From Pecten maximus (Eukaryota), in the NCBI RefSeq assembly GCF_902652985.1, contig NC_047022.1, forward strand, positions 22,010,001 to 22,074,000: a DNA stretch of 64,000 nucleotides, written 5' to 3'. Below, in pieces: positions 41,288-54,500 of the stretch. Position numbers and translations under genes: made by a program. The notes beneath the pieces are model-generated. The model made no database searches. It saw only the letters and a list, made by a program, of their open reading frames with translations, and had not been told where the DNA came from. The first letter of the stretch is position 1. Every line of letters starts with the position of its first letter.

Positions 41288-44200
41288 ATGTTACCAGCTA
41301 TAATTATGGTCGATTATTGGCGCTTTGCTAGATCTAATTATTTTTGTAGGGATTCTTGTCATGGCTATCCAATTACATTTCTATTATCATATTCTAACAA
41401 TTGATCATATTTCCTTGTATCACTTCTTATATTTTTATCCTGTTGTAATGATATCGAAAGAAATCCTGGACCTCCACATAACTTAAACCTGGTTCACTTA
41501 AATGTGCGTTCTCTCAGAAATAAAATATCAATTATTGAAGCTAAATTTGAAAAATATTGATATTGTATGTATAACTGAATCTCATCTAAATCAACAGATA
41601 TCTGATGTCGACATTCGATTACAAACTTTTAGTAATAATTTTTTAGAAAAGATAGAAGTACAGGTCCTGGTGGTGGAATTATAGTTTATCATAAAGATAA
41701 TGTCGTTATAAACAGAAGATTGGAATTAGAGCGAGATGATATTGAATTACTCTGGCTCGAGGTTCGTGTAGATAATCATACATTTCTTCTTGGTTGTATC
41801 TATAGACTTGATAATAATTTTGATTACTGGGTCAAATTAGATGACTCATTAACTAGAGCTACTGATACTTCATTGGATGTTATACTAACAGGTGATATTA
41901 ATATAGACATGTTGAATATTCATTAAACGATCACTTGTCAAGACTACTTATTAAACATAACTTATCTAGCCTTATTAGTGAACCTACAAGAATAACGCCT
42001 GATAGTGCCACATCCATTGATGCAATCTTTACTAATAATCTGAACCTAATTAAAAACACTCATGTATCTCCACCATTCTGCAGTGACCACTCTCCAGTCC
42101 ATGCTCAAATTTCTTTTACTTTATTCAAACAAGTAAACTATAAAAAAAAAAAACCTCTATTAAAATATGATGAGGCTGACTTTGACAGTATAAATAATGC
42201 TCTCCTCAATATTGATTGGTTGAACATTTCATCAAATCAAGACTCTAACACATTCAACTCCTTTATACTTGATTCAATTACTGAGCAAGTCAATACTTTC
42301 ATTCCTTCAAAAGTTATAACCATACGTCCAAATGATAAGCCTTGGATGAATAACATTATCAGACTGAAAATGAGACAACGTAATAGAATCCATAAAAAAG
42401 CAAAACTAACAAATAACCCCCGCTTTTGGGAGAGATTTAGATTTTTAAGGAATGAAACGATTGACTTAATTCGTGAAGCAAAGGGGAATTATATTAAAAC
42501 TCTTGAAAACTCTTTAAATGAAAACACAGTCCCTTCAGACAAGTGGTGGAAGATAGCAAAGTCTATTACTAACTTCTCAAATAAATCTACATCGATTCCT
42601 CCTCTTGAATCCAATGAACAACTTATCTGTCATCCTATTGATAAAGCAGAGCTCCTCAACAATCACTTTACTAATATTTCAACATCATCACCTGATCTTG
42701 AGTTGCCCCAGACAGCACAACCATATGCTCTCCACTCCTTAACTAATATTCATGTCACTGAGCAAGATGTAATGGACCAACTTAGTATCCCCAATGTAAA
42801 CAAACCACCTGGCCCTGATGGAATTGTTCCTAAAATTGTAAAAAAAAAAAAAAAGCTTAGTAACTCTCTTATTTTACCTCTTAGTATTCTTTTCAACAAA
42901 ACCCTAGAATCAGGAGTACTGCCATATAGTTGGAAACAATCAAACATAAATGCTATATATAAAGGAAGTGGGTCATCTAATGATGTTTTAAACTATAGGC
43001 CAATATCTATAACTTCATGTTTCAGTAAAATAATGGAAAACATTATATTTAAATATCTTTTTAATTATTTAATTGAAAATTCAATCTTAACCAAGCACCT
43101 GTCTGGTTTTATACCAGGTGATCCACAGTTAATCAATTGTTGTTTATTTATAATGAGATATCTAGTAATATGGACAAGGGAAAAGAGCTCAGGTTTATTT
43201 TCTGTGATGTAAGTAAAGCATTTGACAGAGTCTGGCATGAAGGTCTTATACAGAAGCTTAAAATGTATGGAATTGATGGAAATTTACTTTTATGGTTTCA
43301 AAATTATCTCTCAGACAGAATGCAAAGAGTCTCTACCGATGGCTATCACTCACAATTCAAAGTTGTAAAGGCAGGGGTACCTCAAGGATCAGTTCTTGGA
43401 CCTCTTCTCTTTCTCCTCTATATAAATGACATCACTGATAATGTTTCAACTAATATCAAACTTTTTGCTGATGATACTTCTTTGTATGTAATAATAAATG
43501 ACAATCTAGCACAAGCAGCACAAGCTCTAGCAGATGATCTCTCTAATATTAATGAATGGGCAGGTATTTGGGACATTAACTTTAACCCTAACAAAACTAA
43601 ATCAGTTATCTTTTCAAGAAAACACAACAAAAATCACCCTCCAATAACTTTCCAAAATAGACAAATTACAGACACAACAGTTCACAAACATCTTGGACTT
43701 ACACTACAAGTAGATGCAACATTGAAAGAACATATCCTTAATATATATAGAAAAGCATACAGTAGATTAAATATTCTTCGATACATAAAATTTAAAGTGA
43801 ATCGTAAGTCTTTAATCAAAATATATACAGCATTTATAAGACCAATTTTAGAATATGCAGACATAATCTGGGATAACTGCACTCACCAATCAAAACAAGT
43901 ATTGAGTCTGTTCAGTTAGAAGCAGCCAGAATCATTACAGGACTCAGATCAGGAACATCACACAATAAATTATATGAAGAAATTGGCTGGGAATCTCTAT
44001 CAGATAGAAGAAATAAACACAAACACATAATGATGTACAAAATACTTCATGGACTATCACCACAATACTTTCAAGATATCCTTATTCCTTTTATTAACAA
44101 CCAAAATGATTACCCGTATTCCCTAAGACAATCACGACTCTTCAATCCTCCTCTATGCAGAACTAACAATTACTTTGACAGTTTCTTCCCCCCAAATGTG

Positions 44201-44561
44201 CCGCACAACTAACAATGTTAATCCTGACCTCTTCAACTCTTCTTCTCTAGCAGCTTTTAAATGCAAACTTAATAATAATATTAATGCTGAATGCGAATCA
44301 CTGCAAATTTTCAAATTTGAAGGAAATAGAAAGGCTAATATCATTATTTGTCAGCTTAGAAATTCATGTAGCAATTTAAATTTTGATTTATTTAATGATC
44401 ATTTATTAAACTCTCCCACCTGTACCTGTGCCTGTGATATTGAAAATGAAACTGCTTCACATTATTTCTTTGATTGTCCTAGGTATAATGCTATTAGACA
44501 TTCTCTGTTTACCTCAGTAGATAGTTATGCAAATCATAACCATTCTAACATTAGCATGTGA
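41288..44561 (+). pseudogene. LINE ORF2 (2A-like peptide, APE endonuclease, reverse transcriptase, C-terminal Cys/His motif), disrupted
   Basis: DIERNPGP; HLNVRS, ITESHL, TGDINID, SDH (APE); YRPIS, DVSKAFDRV, GVPQGSVLGPLLFLLYIND, LFADD (RT); CTCAC..ETASHYFFDCPRY. Several stops and frameshifts split it into ORFs 41720, 41935, 43137, 44175. Confidence 0.93.
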
Positions 44562-45307
44562 TAAGTTTGTAAATATACAAATATTAAATGATGTTCAATT
44601 GTTCGTTGGGAAATCGAGACGCTTTAATCTCTATATGCTTTAAATATATAAGTCATGATATTATATAGTATATATTATATATTATATTGTATTGTACTAT
44701 GTTATATTATTTATACCTTAAATTTAATGAATATGGAGTATGTATGATTATACACGTCCTGAAATATCCCTTCATCTTCATTGGTCACATGTGTCAGCAG
44801 TTGAGTTAGCTAAGTCTTGTATATATGTGAAGTATAGCGTCTGCTAAACATTTTGAGTGATAGTAATTTTTTCTGACAATTTTTGATATAATATTTTACA
44901 TTTATATATATTATTTTCGCTTAATTATTGACAGGCACGACCTGTGCATACATGCACATGGACTTTTGGTCACATGTATACATGTATATATAAGCAAAAT
45001 TTATGAATGATGTGTGAATGTTTATGTTTGAGTTATCTCCCTTAAATGTTAGTTATACATGTAATTTTTTCATTTTCATAGTAAATTTATATATTAATTT
45101 TATATTTATACATTCCAATTGCCACCATAGGAGAAAATTTATATGGGCTTGGCCTGTTATTTAATCCTTTTGACAAATAACATCAAATGTCAATAAGATT
45201 TGTTGAAATGAAGACAAAGCATGCTAGTAACAATAACGCAAATAAAGAAATATATGAAATACACAAATATGTGTAGACAAGATAAGTTCTGTAAGTTTCC
45301 ATTTAGG

Positions 45308-46518
45308 ATGTGTCTCTGTGCCTCTTTCTCTGTGTCTCTATGTGCCTCTGTCTCTGTGTGTCTCTGTGTCTCTGTGTGTCTCTGTCTCTGTGTGTCTAGG
45401 TCTCTGTGTCTGTGTCTCTGTCTCTGTGTCTCTGTGTCTGTGCCTCTGTCTCTGTGTCTCTATGTGTCTCCGTCTCTGTGTCTATGTGTGTCTCTATGTG
45501 TCTTCGTCTCTGTCTCTCTGTCTCTGTGTCCCTGTGTCTCTGTCTCTATGGCTCTGTGTCTGTCTCTGTCTCTGTGTGTCTCTGTCTCTGTGTCCATGTG
45601 TCTGTGTCTCTGTCTCTGTCTGTCGCTGTTTCTCTGTGTATATCTGTCTCTGTCTCTGACTCTGTTTGTCCTTGTCTCTGTGTGTATCTGTGTGTCTCTG
45701 TCTCTGTGTGTCTCTGTGTCAATGTGTCTCTGTGTCAATGTGTCTCTGTCTATGTGTCTCTGTCCCTGTGTCTCTGTCTCTATGACTGTGTCTCTGTCTG
45801 TGCCTCTCTCTGTGTGTCTGTGTCTGTCTGTCTCTGTCTCTGTCTCTGTCTCTGTGTGTCTCTGTCACTGTGTCCATGTGTCTCTGTCTCTGTGACTCTG
45901 TATCTGTGTCCATATGTCTCTGTCTCTGTNNNNNNNNNNNNNNNNNNNNNNNNNNNNNNNNNNNNNNNNNNNNNNNNNNNNNNNNNNNNNNNNNNNNNNN
46001 NNNNNNNNNNNNNNNNNNNNNNNNNNNNNNNNNNNNNNNNNNNNNNNNNNNNNNNNNNTGTATATCTGTCTCTCTGTCTCTGTGTCTCTGTCTCTGTGTA
46101 CATGTGTCTCTCTGTAAATCTGTCTCTGTGTCTCTGTCTCTGTCCCTGTCTGTGTCTGTGTTTCTGTGTGTCTCTGTCTGTCTGTCAGTCTCTGTCTCTG
46201 TGTCTGTCTGTCGCTGTTTCTCTGTGTATATCTGTCTCTGTCTGTCTCTGTGTATATCTGTATCTGTGTCTGTGTCTCTGTGTGTCTCTGAATGTCTCTG
46301 TCTGTCAGTCTCTGTCTCTGTGTCTGTCTGTCGCTGTTTCTCTGTGTTTCTCTGTCTCTGTGTTTCTCTGTCTCTGTGTTTCTCTGTGTATATATGTCTA
46401 TGTGTCTGTCTGTCTCTGTATGTCTCTGTCTGTCTCTGTGTATATCTATCTGTGTCTGTCTGTCTATGTGTGTCTCTGTCTGTCAGTGCCTGTCTCTGTG
46501 TCTGTCGCTGTTTCTCTG
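45308..46518. repeat. (TGTCTC)n-type compound microsatellite with assembly gaps (N 45930-46058 and 46519-46690)
   Basis: Direct reading. Confidence 0.95.
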
Positions 46519-48151
46519 NNNNNNNNNNNNNNNNNNNNNNNNNNNNNNNNNNNNNNNNNNNNNNNNNNNNNNNNNNNNNNNNNNNNNNNNNNNNNNNNNN
46601 NNNNNNNNNNNNNNNNNNNNNNNNNNNNNNNNNNNNNNNNNNNNNNNNNNNNNNNNNNNNNNNNNNNNNNNNNNNNNNNNNNNNNNNNNNTTGAATTAGG
46701 ACACTAAGTAGTATGGTTCTAAATCTAAAATGGCGGCGATTACGGCCTGTGATACTATAATTGCTCACTTTGAAAATTCACATGAAATAGGAAACTCGGG
46801 AAAATATACATCTGCTAACACAGTTTTGTAAGTAGAAATCATTATATATATGCCGCTGCTGGCTCACAATTCACAAAGTTTTCCTTATACAGCTCTTGAA
46901 ACACTTGAAAGCATATGTAAACAAACAACAGCTGATCACACATGTAGCACAATCAGCACAGACATACATAAACATTCCTTACAATATCTATACTTATGAA
47001 AATGGTACAGCATCATGAGATGATATCATTCTTATGGGGTTTTGCAAGCATATGTTTATCTCAGTAAACACGGTTCGTCTTTACAAGCACCCGTCATTGT
47101 TTATCTCTTCAGAACCTCTCTAGAATTATCCTGTTAGTATCTACTAGGTTTTCTCGTATTTTATCGGTGATAGTATAGCAGTACGGGAGATCACTCGTGC
47201 TTGAATTCTTGAGCGATTTCACTAGTTCGTAGATATGAAAGTCAGCATCGTTTTTACCTCACTCCGGAGCACTGAGGCTCGGTTTCGGAATTATGAGTAA
47301 CATATGACATCAGTTAGCAACCACAACACTATAGATTTAGTAATTAAATATATAATCTGAAACCTTTTAAAAATCGGGGTTATCGATGTATACAAAAAGA
47401 GTACAGAGAAGAAAATACGAGAAGCATTAGCAGTCAACCTATCTAATTATTATAACAATACTTCGTGTTATGCGGAAATTTTCTTGAAGGACATTAAATA
47501 TGAACTTTAGGAGTCTCGATAAGTTATGGTAAAAATCAGTACTTACTAAGAAACTATTAATTATTAAGGGAAATAAGGAATACTGAGATAAATTATGAGT
47601 TGTTAGGATTAGAAACTAGGAGATACTAGGAGAAATTAGAAGTAACTGGGAGAAACGAGAAACATTTGTAACAACCTGATTATTTTACATTGATCAAACA
47701 TTGTCAAATCGGTGACAGACAATTCATCAGGTATCGCTCATACCTTACAAGTGATCCTTAAACAAAAGTCAATACATTGTCACATTTAGCTTTAGATCAT
47801 TTATTGAGTCCTTGAAATGTTCACCACAAGCCTACCGCTAGACAGACCGAAAAATGTTTACTATTCATAGCACGGGGTATTGCAGTTTGTGTCCCCAGTC
47901 AGCTTAACAGATTACACATACCACTGTCAAAAAAATGAAAATAACATTTTCTATGCAAGCGCCTGTGGTTCAGGGCGGTGTCAAATCTTCTGCGTCAATC
48001 GTTAGTCGTATGTTGGTACATTTTAGCTGTGTCTGGAGGACGTGACGAGTCTGGCGGCTAACAATGCAAGTATCAATGTAAACCATTAAAGAGAAGTAAT
48101 GAAGACATTTTATCAATAACTAGTCATTTTGGATTCGAACTGAAGTAAGTC

Positions 48152-48360
48152 GGGGGCCGTGTGGTTATAGTGTCCCGACACTTTATCACTAACCCTCCAC
48201 CTCTTTGTCGCGAGTTAGAAACCCACGTGGGGTGGTTGCCAGGTACTGACCGTAGGCCGGCGGTTTTTCTCCGGGTACTCCGGCTTTCCTCCACCTACAA
48301 AACCTGGCACGTCTTTAAATGACACTTGCTGTTAATAGGACATTAAACAATATAAACCAA
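48152..48360 (+). mobile_element. SINE family 1, second (more decayed) copy
   Basis: Colinear with the reverse complement of 14495-14722. Confidence 0.85.
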
Positions 48361-48881
48361 GCTAAACCGATAAATTAAGAACAAAAAATCATAAGAATCT
48401 AGATCTAGATCTAGATCTCAACCCTTTAGGACGTTGGAACGAACGTACGACATGGTAAACAGTCGCCATGGGAAATACAACTAACAGGAAGTTTTAACAA
48501 ATTCTACCAGGGTAATTCTAATTTTTGGTCATGAATGTGTTTCGGAGGTCATATTGAACAGAGACCAAGCACTAACATTTCATTTTAGCCTGCGGGGTTT
48601 GATTCCATTGTACTAACAAACGTGCTTAGAATAGGTTGATATAACATCTTTCGCAAAGGTTGCGAAATAAAATTTATAGTTTAAAGCCAATATGTAGATA
48701 TACATGCACACCGGTTTGGATATGATTTATTTAGAACTTGACACTTTAACCTTTCTACGAGACCAGAACGCCGACCTTTGATGAAGTTTGACGAAGTGTA
48801 CCGTCTTTTCCGTTCCGACTGACCGATTTTCACACACCAATCACCAGTATGTGATGTAAGTTGTAAGCGTGATCGCTGTAT

Positions 48882-49125
48882 AGCAGAGGCTCGGTTGTTT
48901 ACTGGTAAGACACAAGGTAGAGTAGCCGACGCACGGGTGATGCGTTGTATCCTTGAACAAGATACTTTACTGTGTTGTGTTCCAGTCGAGCTGTTAATAA
49001 GTACATGGTAGGGCAGTATAACAGATATCGTGTGTTTGCGGTGGGTGCCGAAATGGCAGCTCCGGCTGTATGCTCCCCAGGGAGTTGAGAAAGATATCGG
49101 CTGGTTGGTAAAGACCCACTAACCA
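48882..49125 (+). mobile_element. Decayed SINE, family 3 (Meta/Deu-Nin-like core)
   Basis: tgtatccttgaacaagatacttta and gccgaaatggcagc..ggctgtatgctccccagggagttgag motifs resemble conserved SINE core domains; family assignment from memory only. Confidence 0.45.
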
Positions 49126-50011
49126 CATATTATAATTTGAGAATCACTTTATCCTATGATAAACGGAAAGAGTACATCACTAGTCATCAACGATGATCTG
49201 TGTATGTAATTGTTTTAACGTTTCACTCCGAATAGGTCGACTTATTATCGGGGGATATGTCATTTGTCTAGGTGCCATTTGTCGGTATCAGATGCACAGC
49301 AAAATCTACACTTGGTTTTCTAATTTCTTTAGTATCGGAAGCCGGCATAGATACGAATATATACGAATAACCATAGTCTTCGTTGATTCCATGACAGCCG
49401 ATCGCGGTTACGAATGGGAATACACAGAGACAGTGAAAGTAGAATTTCTATATTGCGCAACATGCCGTTTTTATTTAAACCCGATACATACCTCATTTTG
49501 TTTTAAATCATTTCCCGATATCTTATCATTAAGAAAACCAACAAAAACTCTGAGAAACACTAAATGAAGCCGTCATGCCAGGCAGTATACACAACGCGGA
49601 ACTTGTTCACAATCTAACGTCATTATAATGCCCAATTTGTAACGTGTGCAACAATGTATATTTTACATTAATGCACTAATGAGCAACATAATATGATGCA
49701 ACATTAACATGAATGCGATGTTATACTAACAGAAGTAACGAATATGTTGAGACAATGGACTACACGATAGTACAATGGGATTTATCAACGTCCTCGAATT
49801 TGGCTATCAAACATTGAACAGTGATCACATTTTCTTTATCATGAATGTTTACAATTGTTGATAAAATCATTTCCTTCTTTTACATCAATTAACATGTAAC
49901 CAAATACTCACGCCACATAGAGAAATTCCAACAAGTATATCTAGCACATGTGTAGAAATTAATTAACCTTATTTGCATTTTTCAGACGCTCCTCGATCGG
50001 AAAAATTGAGA

Positions 50012-51650
50012 ATGTCCAAATTCAGTTACATCTCAACTCCCAACCCGAATCAACAACAGTACAAGTCCATCGTAGATGTTCTCAACGAGAGAACTAAGTC
50101 TACTCCAGATAAAGAAATATGCATACACAGGTTACCTGAAGGGGGAAGGAAAACTCTCACTTATGACGAACTGACGCGGAAATCTACAAAACTTGCTAAG
50201 TATCTGGTATCTAAAGGGATATCAGTCGGAGACAGCATTGCTATTATGGGATCAAATACTCTGGAATGGATCGTTGGTGAGTTCGCCATTTTTATGGCTG
50301 GTGCCGTGGCTGTCCAGTGTCAGGGAACCTGTGCAGAATTCAACGAAACTGTGAGTCTATTGAAAGCTTCCAAATGCAAAGCTGTTCTGCTCGATCCACA
50401 GCCTGATCCTGTTTACCAGTCGGAGATGGAGCAATTCTTCCAGGGAAAGGAAATGCAAATCCAAGGTAGAGAAAATCCGATGGTTGTACTACTTGGCAAT
50501 TCTGCTGGTGTTAATTTACCTAATATTGGCGATATACTCTCCTCAGAGGAAGACCTTACTGTGACAATGCCTAGAATTCAACCGGAAAGTTCAGCTCTTA
50601 TTTTCACGACCTCTGGGTCGTCTGGTGTTCCAAAAATGGTTGAATTTACGCATATGGCAATAACGAATTCACCAAGGGCAAATTTTTTCTCTAAAGAGAA
50701 TGATATCATTTTCTCAGATAGACCATTTTCTTGGTTAGGGGGAACTCCAATCTACAGCATTTTAGGAGGATTTTCTCGAATTTTCACAGATCCAAAAATT
50801 ATTCTGAAAGAGGAGAAAATTCAAAATGTTTGGGAAATCCTGAAGATGGAAAGGTGTACTATTGCAAATCTTTTCCCGTACGCTCTGAAAGATCTTCTTG
50901 ACAATGAAAAGGAAGTCCTGATGACGGAATTCAAACCTATTTCGATTGCCACCGGTGGCCAAATACCTGGAAGTCACCTGAATGCCATTTCTGGAAAATT
51001 TTGTGAAAATATATACAGTGTCTATGGAATGACAGAAACAGGTATCGCAACAAAGGTATTCCTGACAGCGGATACAGAAGTAGGGCACGTTGGAGAAATG
51101 GTACCTGGATATGAAGCCAAAATTATTGGAGATGACGACAAAACTTTGAACTGTGGTAACATTGGTGAAATTGTCTTACGATCTCCGTGGATGTTGAAAG
51201 GATATAGGGACTCTCCAGAATTAACCAAGGATTCCTTCACTGAAGGAGGTTGGTTCCGCACTGGTGATATTGGAGTACTCACTGAAGACGGAAAGTTGTT
51301 TGTTAAAGGAAAGGCAGCAGATGTTATAAAAAGAGGAACATGTAAGATTCTGATCAGCGCTGTGGAGATGGCAATTAGTAATTTCCCCGGGATAAAAGAG
51401 GTTGTCGTGGTAGCAGTACCGGATGTACGTCTTCTGGAAGATGTCTGCGCATGTGTTATCTTGGAGGATGACGCCAATATTACAGAACAGGAGTTACAAA
51501 AAATGTGTCGTGATAAGCTTGGAGATAATGTTTTGGGAGACTCCCCAACGTTTTTTCTAATGTTTCAAACATTCCCGTCGTCTAAACAACGGAAAAATGA
51601 ATAGAATTAGTGTAAAACAACAAGCCATGGAAATGCTGAGCCTCTGCTGA
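50012..51650 (+). CDS. Acyl-CoA synthetase / AMP-binding (ANL) enzyme, copy 2; +1 frameshift near 51577 before the C-terminal GK motif
   Basis: ORF 49973-51604; likely ATG 50012 after acceptor ttttcag|49986; same A3/A5/A7 motifs as copy 1. Removing one base at ~51577 restores FPRLNNGKMNRISVKQQAMEMLSLC* (stop 51648-51650), matching the paralogues. Confidence 0.87.
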
Positions 51651-52269
51651 AAATATACAAACTGTTTCAGTTTTTCATGGATGTGACGTCATTCCATGAA
51701 TTGCTCATCGATGCCTTAAGAACGTGGTGCAGAAATCCATTTATCTTTTATACTGTACAATATTTACATTTGGCACCAGTCTCCCATTGCCTCAGTGTTA
51801 ATCTAGGCTGCACCTATGAGCGTATAAAGGCATTCGAGATCATAATGAGATGTTTGATCAACATGATGGAAATGTTGATCATTGTCTGATTGTTTGCGAT
51901 TCAATCATAGAAAGGAAGTTGATTTGAAAATGCTATTCTTTCAAACCAATACACAAGGACATATATGAAAATAAAGAATGTATTTATTCAAGATAGGTAG
52001 AGTTTAATATAAGTAAATGTAAATATAACTACTCAGTATTAAACGCTTGTTGTGTTTATTGTCAATATAGGACGCCATGAATATTCATCTGTCACCCAGA
52101 TTGCATGTATATCGACAATAAATACAATCTAACAAGCGTGTAATTGTTAAATATAAGCATTTATACAAAGAATACTAAATCAAATTAGATAAACGGAAAG
52201 GCACAAATGACTTGTGTTTTGCATAAATAAATCTTATACATGTAAGTCTGTTTAACTATTAGAGCATGT

Positions 52270-54500
52270 TTTACTATTTTCAGATAATTCAAATCGCCTT
52301 GCGTCCGTGGTCCGTCCGTCCATCCGTCCGTAAACAATTCTTGTTATCGCAATTTCCCAGAAAGTACTGAAGAGATCATTACAAAATTTCACGTGCACCT
52401 TCCTCCTGTAACGGTTATCGTCCGTCAACTTTACCTACTCTCACTGCGTGTGAATAAGACCAACTATATTTATGTTATTAAATCATCTTTTTTATATTCA
52501 TCTATTCCTAATATTCGCCAAACAAATACTACTATTACATGTAGTTCGTATTTATAAGTATACGAACATATTTATTTGTACTGTAAATGTGTCTAGCTAG
52601 TACACATGTTTATAACGAATACGTCTATAACGTACGGTCACGTAGGTCAACGTTGTTGATATTTACAGAAGTTAATATTTACCTATAATCCTGTTTATAA
52701 GCTTCCAGAGTTACATGATTCATTTCCTGGACATCTTATACTCATCATTAATATTGTATGAGAGATAATTACTTTTTATGTATAATATAATACATTTTCA
52801 CTGTGTGAAATTTCGTGCGTGAGCGTTGAAAAAGGAAAATTCAAAATGCTCTTGTTTCGGATTTTTACTATAAAAGGGACAGAGATCGTCTGCTCTTGGC
52901 CATATTTAGTTGAGCCGTCTACCGAGAAGGTAGAGAGAGAGACAGACTATAACCTGATAAGCTCATATTTCCATATACATAATGGAACCAGAGATGGTAA
53001 GAGTCACATGGTTATATCCCTTGACTAATCTAGAGTAGTCTAGCCCATTTTATTGAGGCAATCTATAGTAACTGTTAGTTCGAGTAGCTCCGTACGCTGA
53101 GCAAACTATCTTTAGATATCTGTGTACTAGAACAAGTGTGAGTGTATGTATTGAAAACCCAACTCATTATAAATATCATTGAAAATTCATTTATTAAATT
53201 GTTAAACTTAAATCAAACTCTTTGTTCTTTGTTCTGTTGGTGATAATGGTACCGAGACGATCTCTTTTAATGTAACAACACAACTGTAGCGACCGAAACT
53301 CTTTGTTCTTTGTTCTGTTGGTGATAATGGTACCGAGACGATCTCTTTTAATGTAACAAGTCACTACCGACAACTGTAGCGACCGAAACGTTACAATTGG
53401 TGTCAGAAGTGGTCTTGATCCTTAGTTGTGCACATCCTAAGTTGGGAGCGATCGGAAAAGAACATGGCCGACAGGCGGCCATCTTAGATTTTGACATTTG
53501 ACTTTTGTTATCGCTAAATCTCAGAGAACACTGAATAGATCTTTCTCATATTTCATATGCAGATTTCCATAAGTCCCTTATTGTGCATATTCCATTTTGG
53601 GAGCGATCAGAAAAGAACATGGCCGACAGGCGGCCATCTTGGACTTTGACAATTGAAGTTTGTCATCGCTTGATCTCAGAAAGTACTGAAGGGATCTTTC
53701 TCAAATTACACATGCAGGTTCCCCTTGATCCCTAGTTCTGCATATCATATTCTGGGACCAATCGGAAAACAATATGGCCGACAGGCAGCCATCTTGGATT
53801 TTGACAATTGACGTTTGTTATCGTTATTTCTCAGAAAGAACTGAAGGGATCTTTCTCAAATTTCAAATGTAGGTTTCCATTAGTCCCTTATTATGCATAT
53901 TGCATTTTGGGACCAGTTGGAAAACAACATGGCCAACAGGCAGCCATCTTGGATTTTGACAATTGAAGTTTGTTATCGCTATTTCTCAGAAAGTACTCAA
54001 ATGATCTTTTTGAATTTTCAAATGTAAGTTCCCTTTGATCCCAAATTGTGCATATTGCATTTTGGGATTGATCAAGAAATAACATGGCCGACAGGCATCC
54101 ATCTTTGAGTTTGACCTTTGAAGTTTGTTATCGCTATTTCTCAGAAAGTACTTAAGGGATCTTTCTAGAATTTAATATGTAGGTTGCCCTTGGTCCTTAG
54201 TTATGCATATTACATTTTGGAACCAATATGAAAACAACCTGGCCGACAGGCAGCCATCTTGGATTTTGACAATTGAAGTTTGTTATCGCTATTTTACAGA
54301 AGGTACTGAAAGGATCTTTCTCAAATTTCATATTTAGGTTCCCTTGGTCCCTTGGGACCAATCTGAAAACATGGCCGACAGACAGACATTATCGCTAAAT
54401 CTCAAATTTCCTATATAGGTTCCCCTTGTTTGAAAAGTACTGGTGGGATGTTTCTCAATTTACACAGACTAGTAAGAAGAAGGGGGAAATGGAGAGAAGA
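52270..54500. mobile_element. Helentron-associated (HINE/pearl/CvA-like) non-autonomous element with (GTCC)n microsatellite and internal 155-bp tandem repeats
   Basis: cgtccgtc tract at ~52302-52330; units starting aacatggccgacagg (with minor variants) at 53461, 53616, 53771, 53926, 54081, 54236 (period 155). Ends approximate. Confidence 0.72.
52407..53412 (+). mobile_element. Single LTR (TGTAAC...GTTACA, 989 bp) followed by tRNA-Leu primer-binding site; Gypsy/Steamer-like
   Basis: TG..CA with 7-bp terminal inverted repeat TGTAACG/CGTTACA (52407, 53395); AT spacer, then TGGTGTCAGAAGTGG (53398-53412), complementary to the tRNA-Leu 3' end; ~81-bp tandem duplication near the U5 end. Confidence 0.8.

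Larger units (their letters stand above)
30480..45208 (+). mobile_element. 5'-truncated CR1-like non-LTR retrotransposon carrying ~10 kb of nested insertions between ORF1 and ORF2
   Basis: TGAAGAC duplicated at 30473-30479 and 45209-45215. The paralogous flank of ACS copy 3 has a single TGAAGAC (63479-63485) joining the same two flanks. ORF1 remnant at the left end; ORF2 and 3' UTR at the right end. Confidence 0.85.

Noticed and set aside
45221-46768. Cys/Leu/Ser/Val- and Arg/Asp/Thr-rich ORFs (also 63452-63922)
   Set aside because: Microsatellite translations spanning N gaps.
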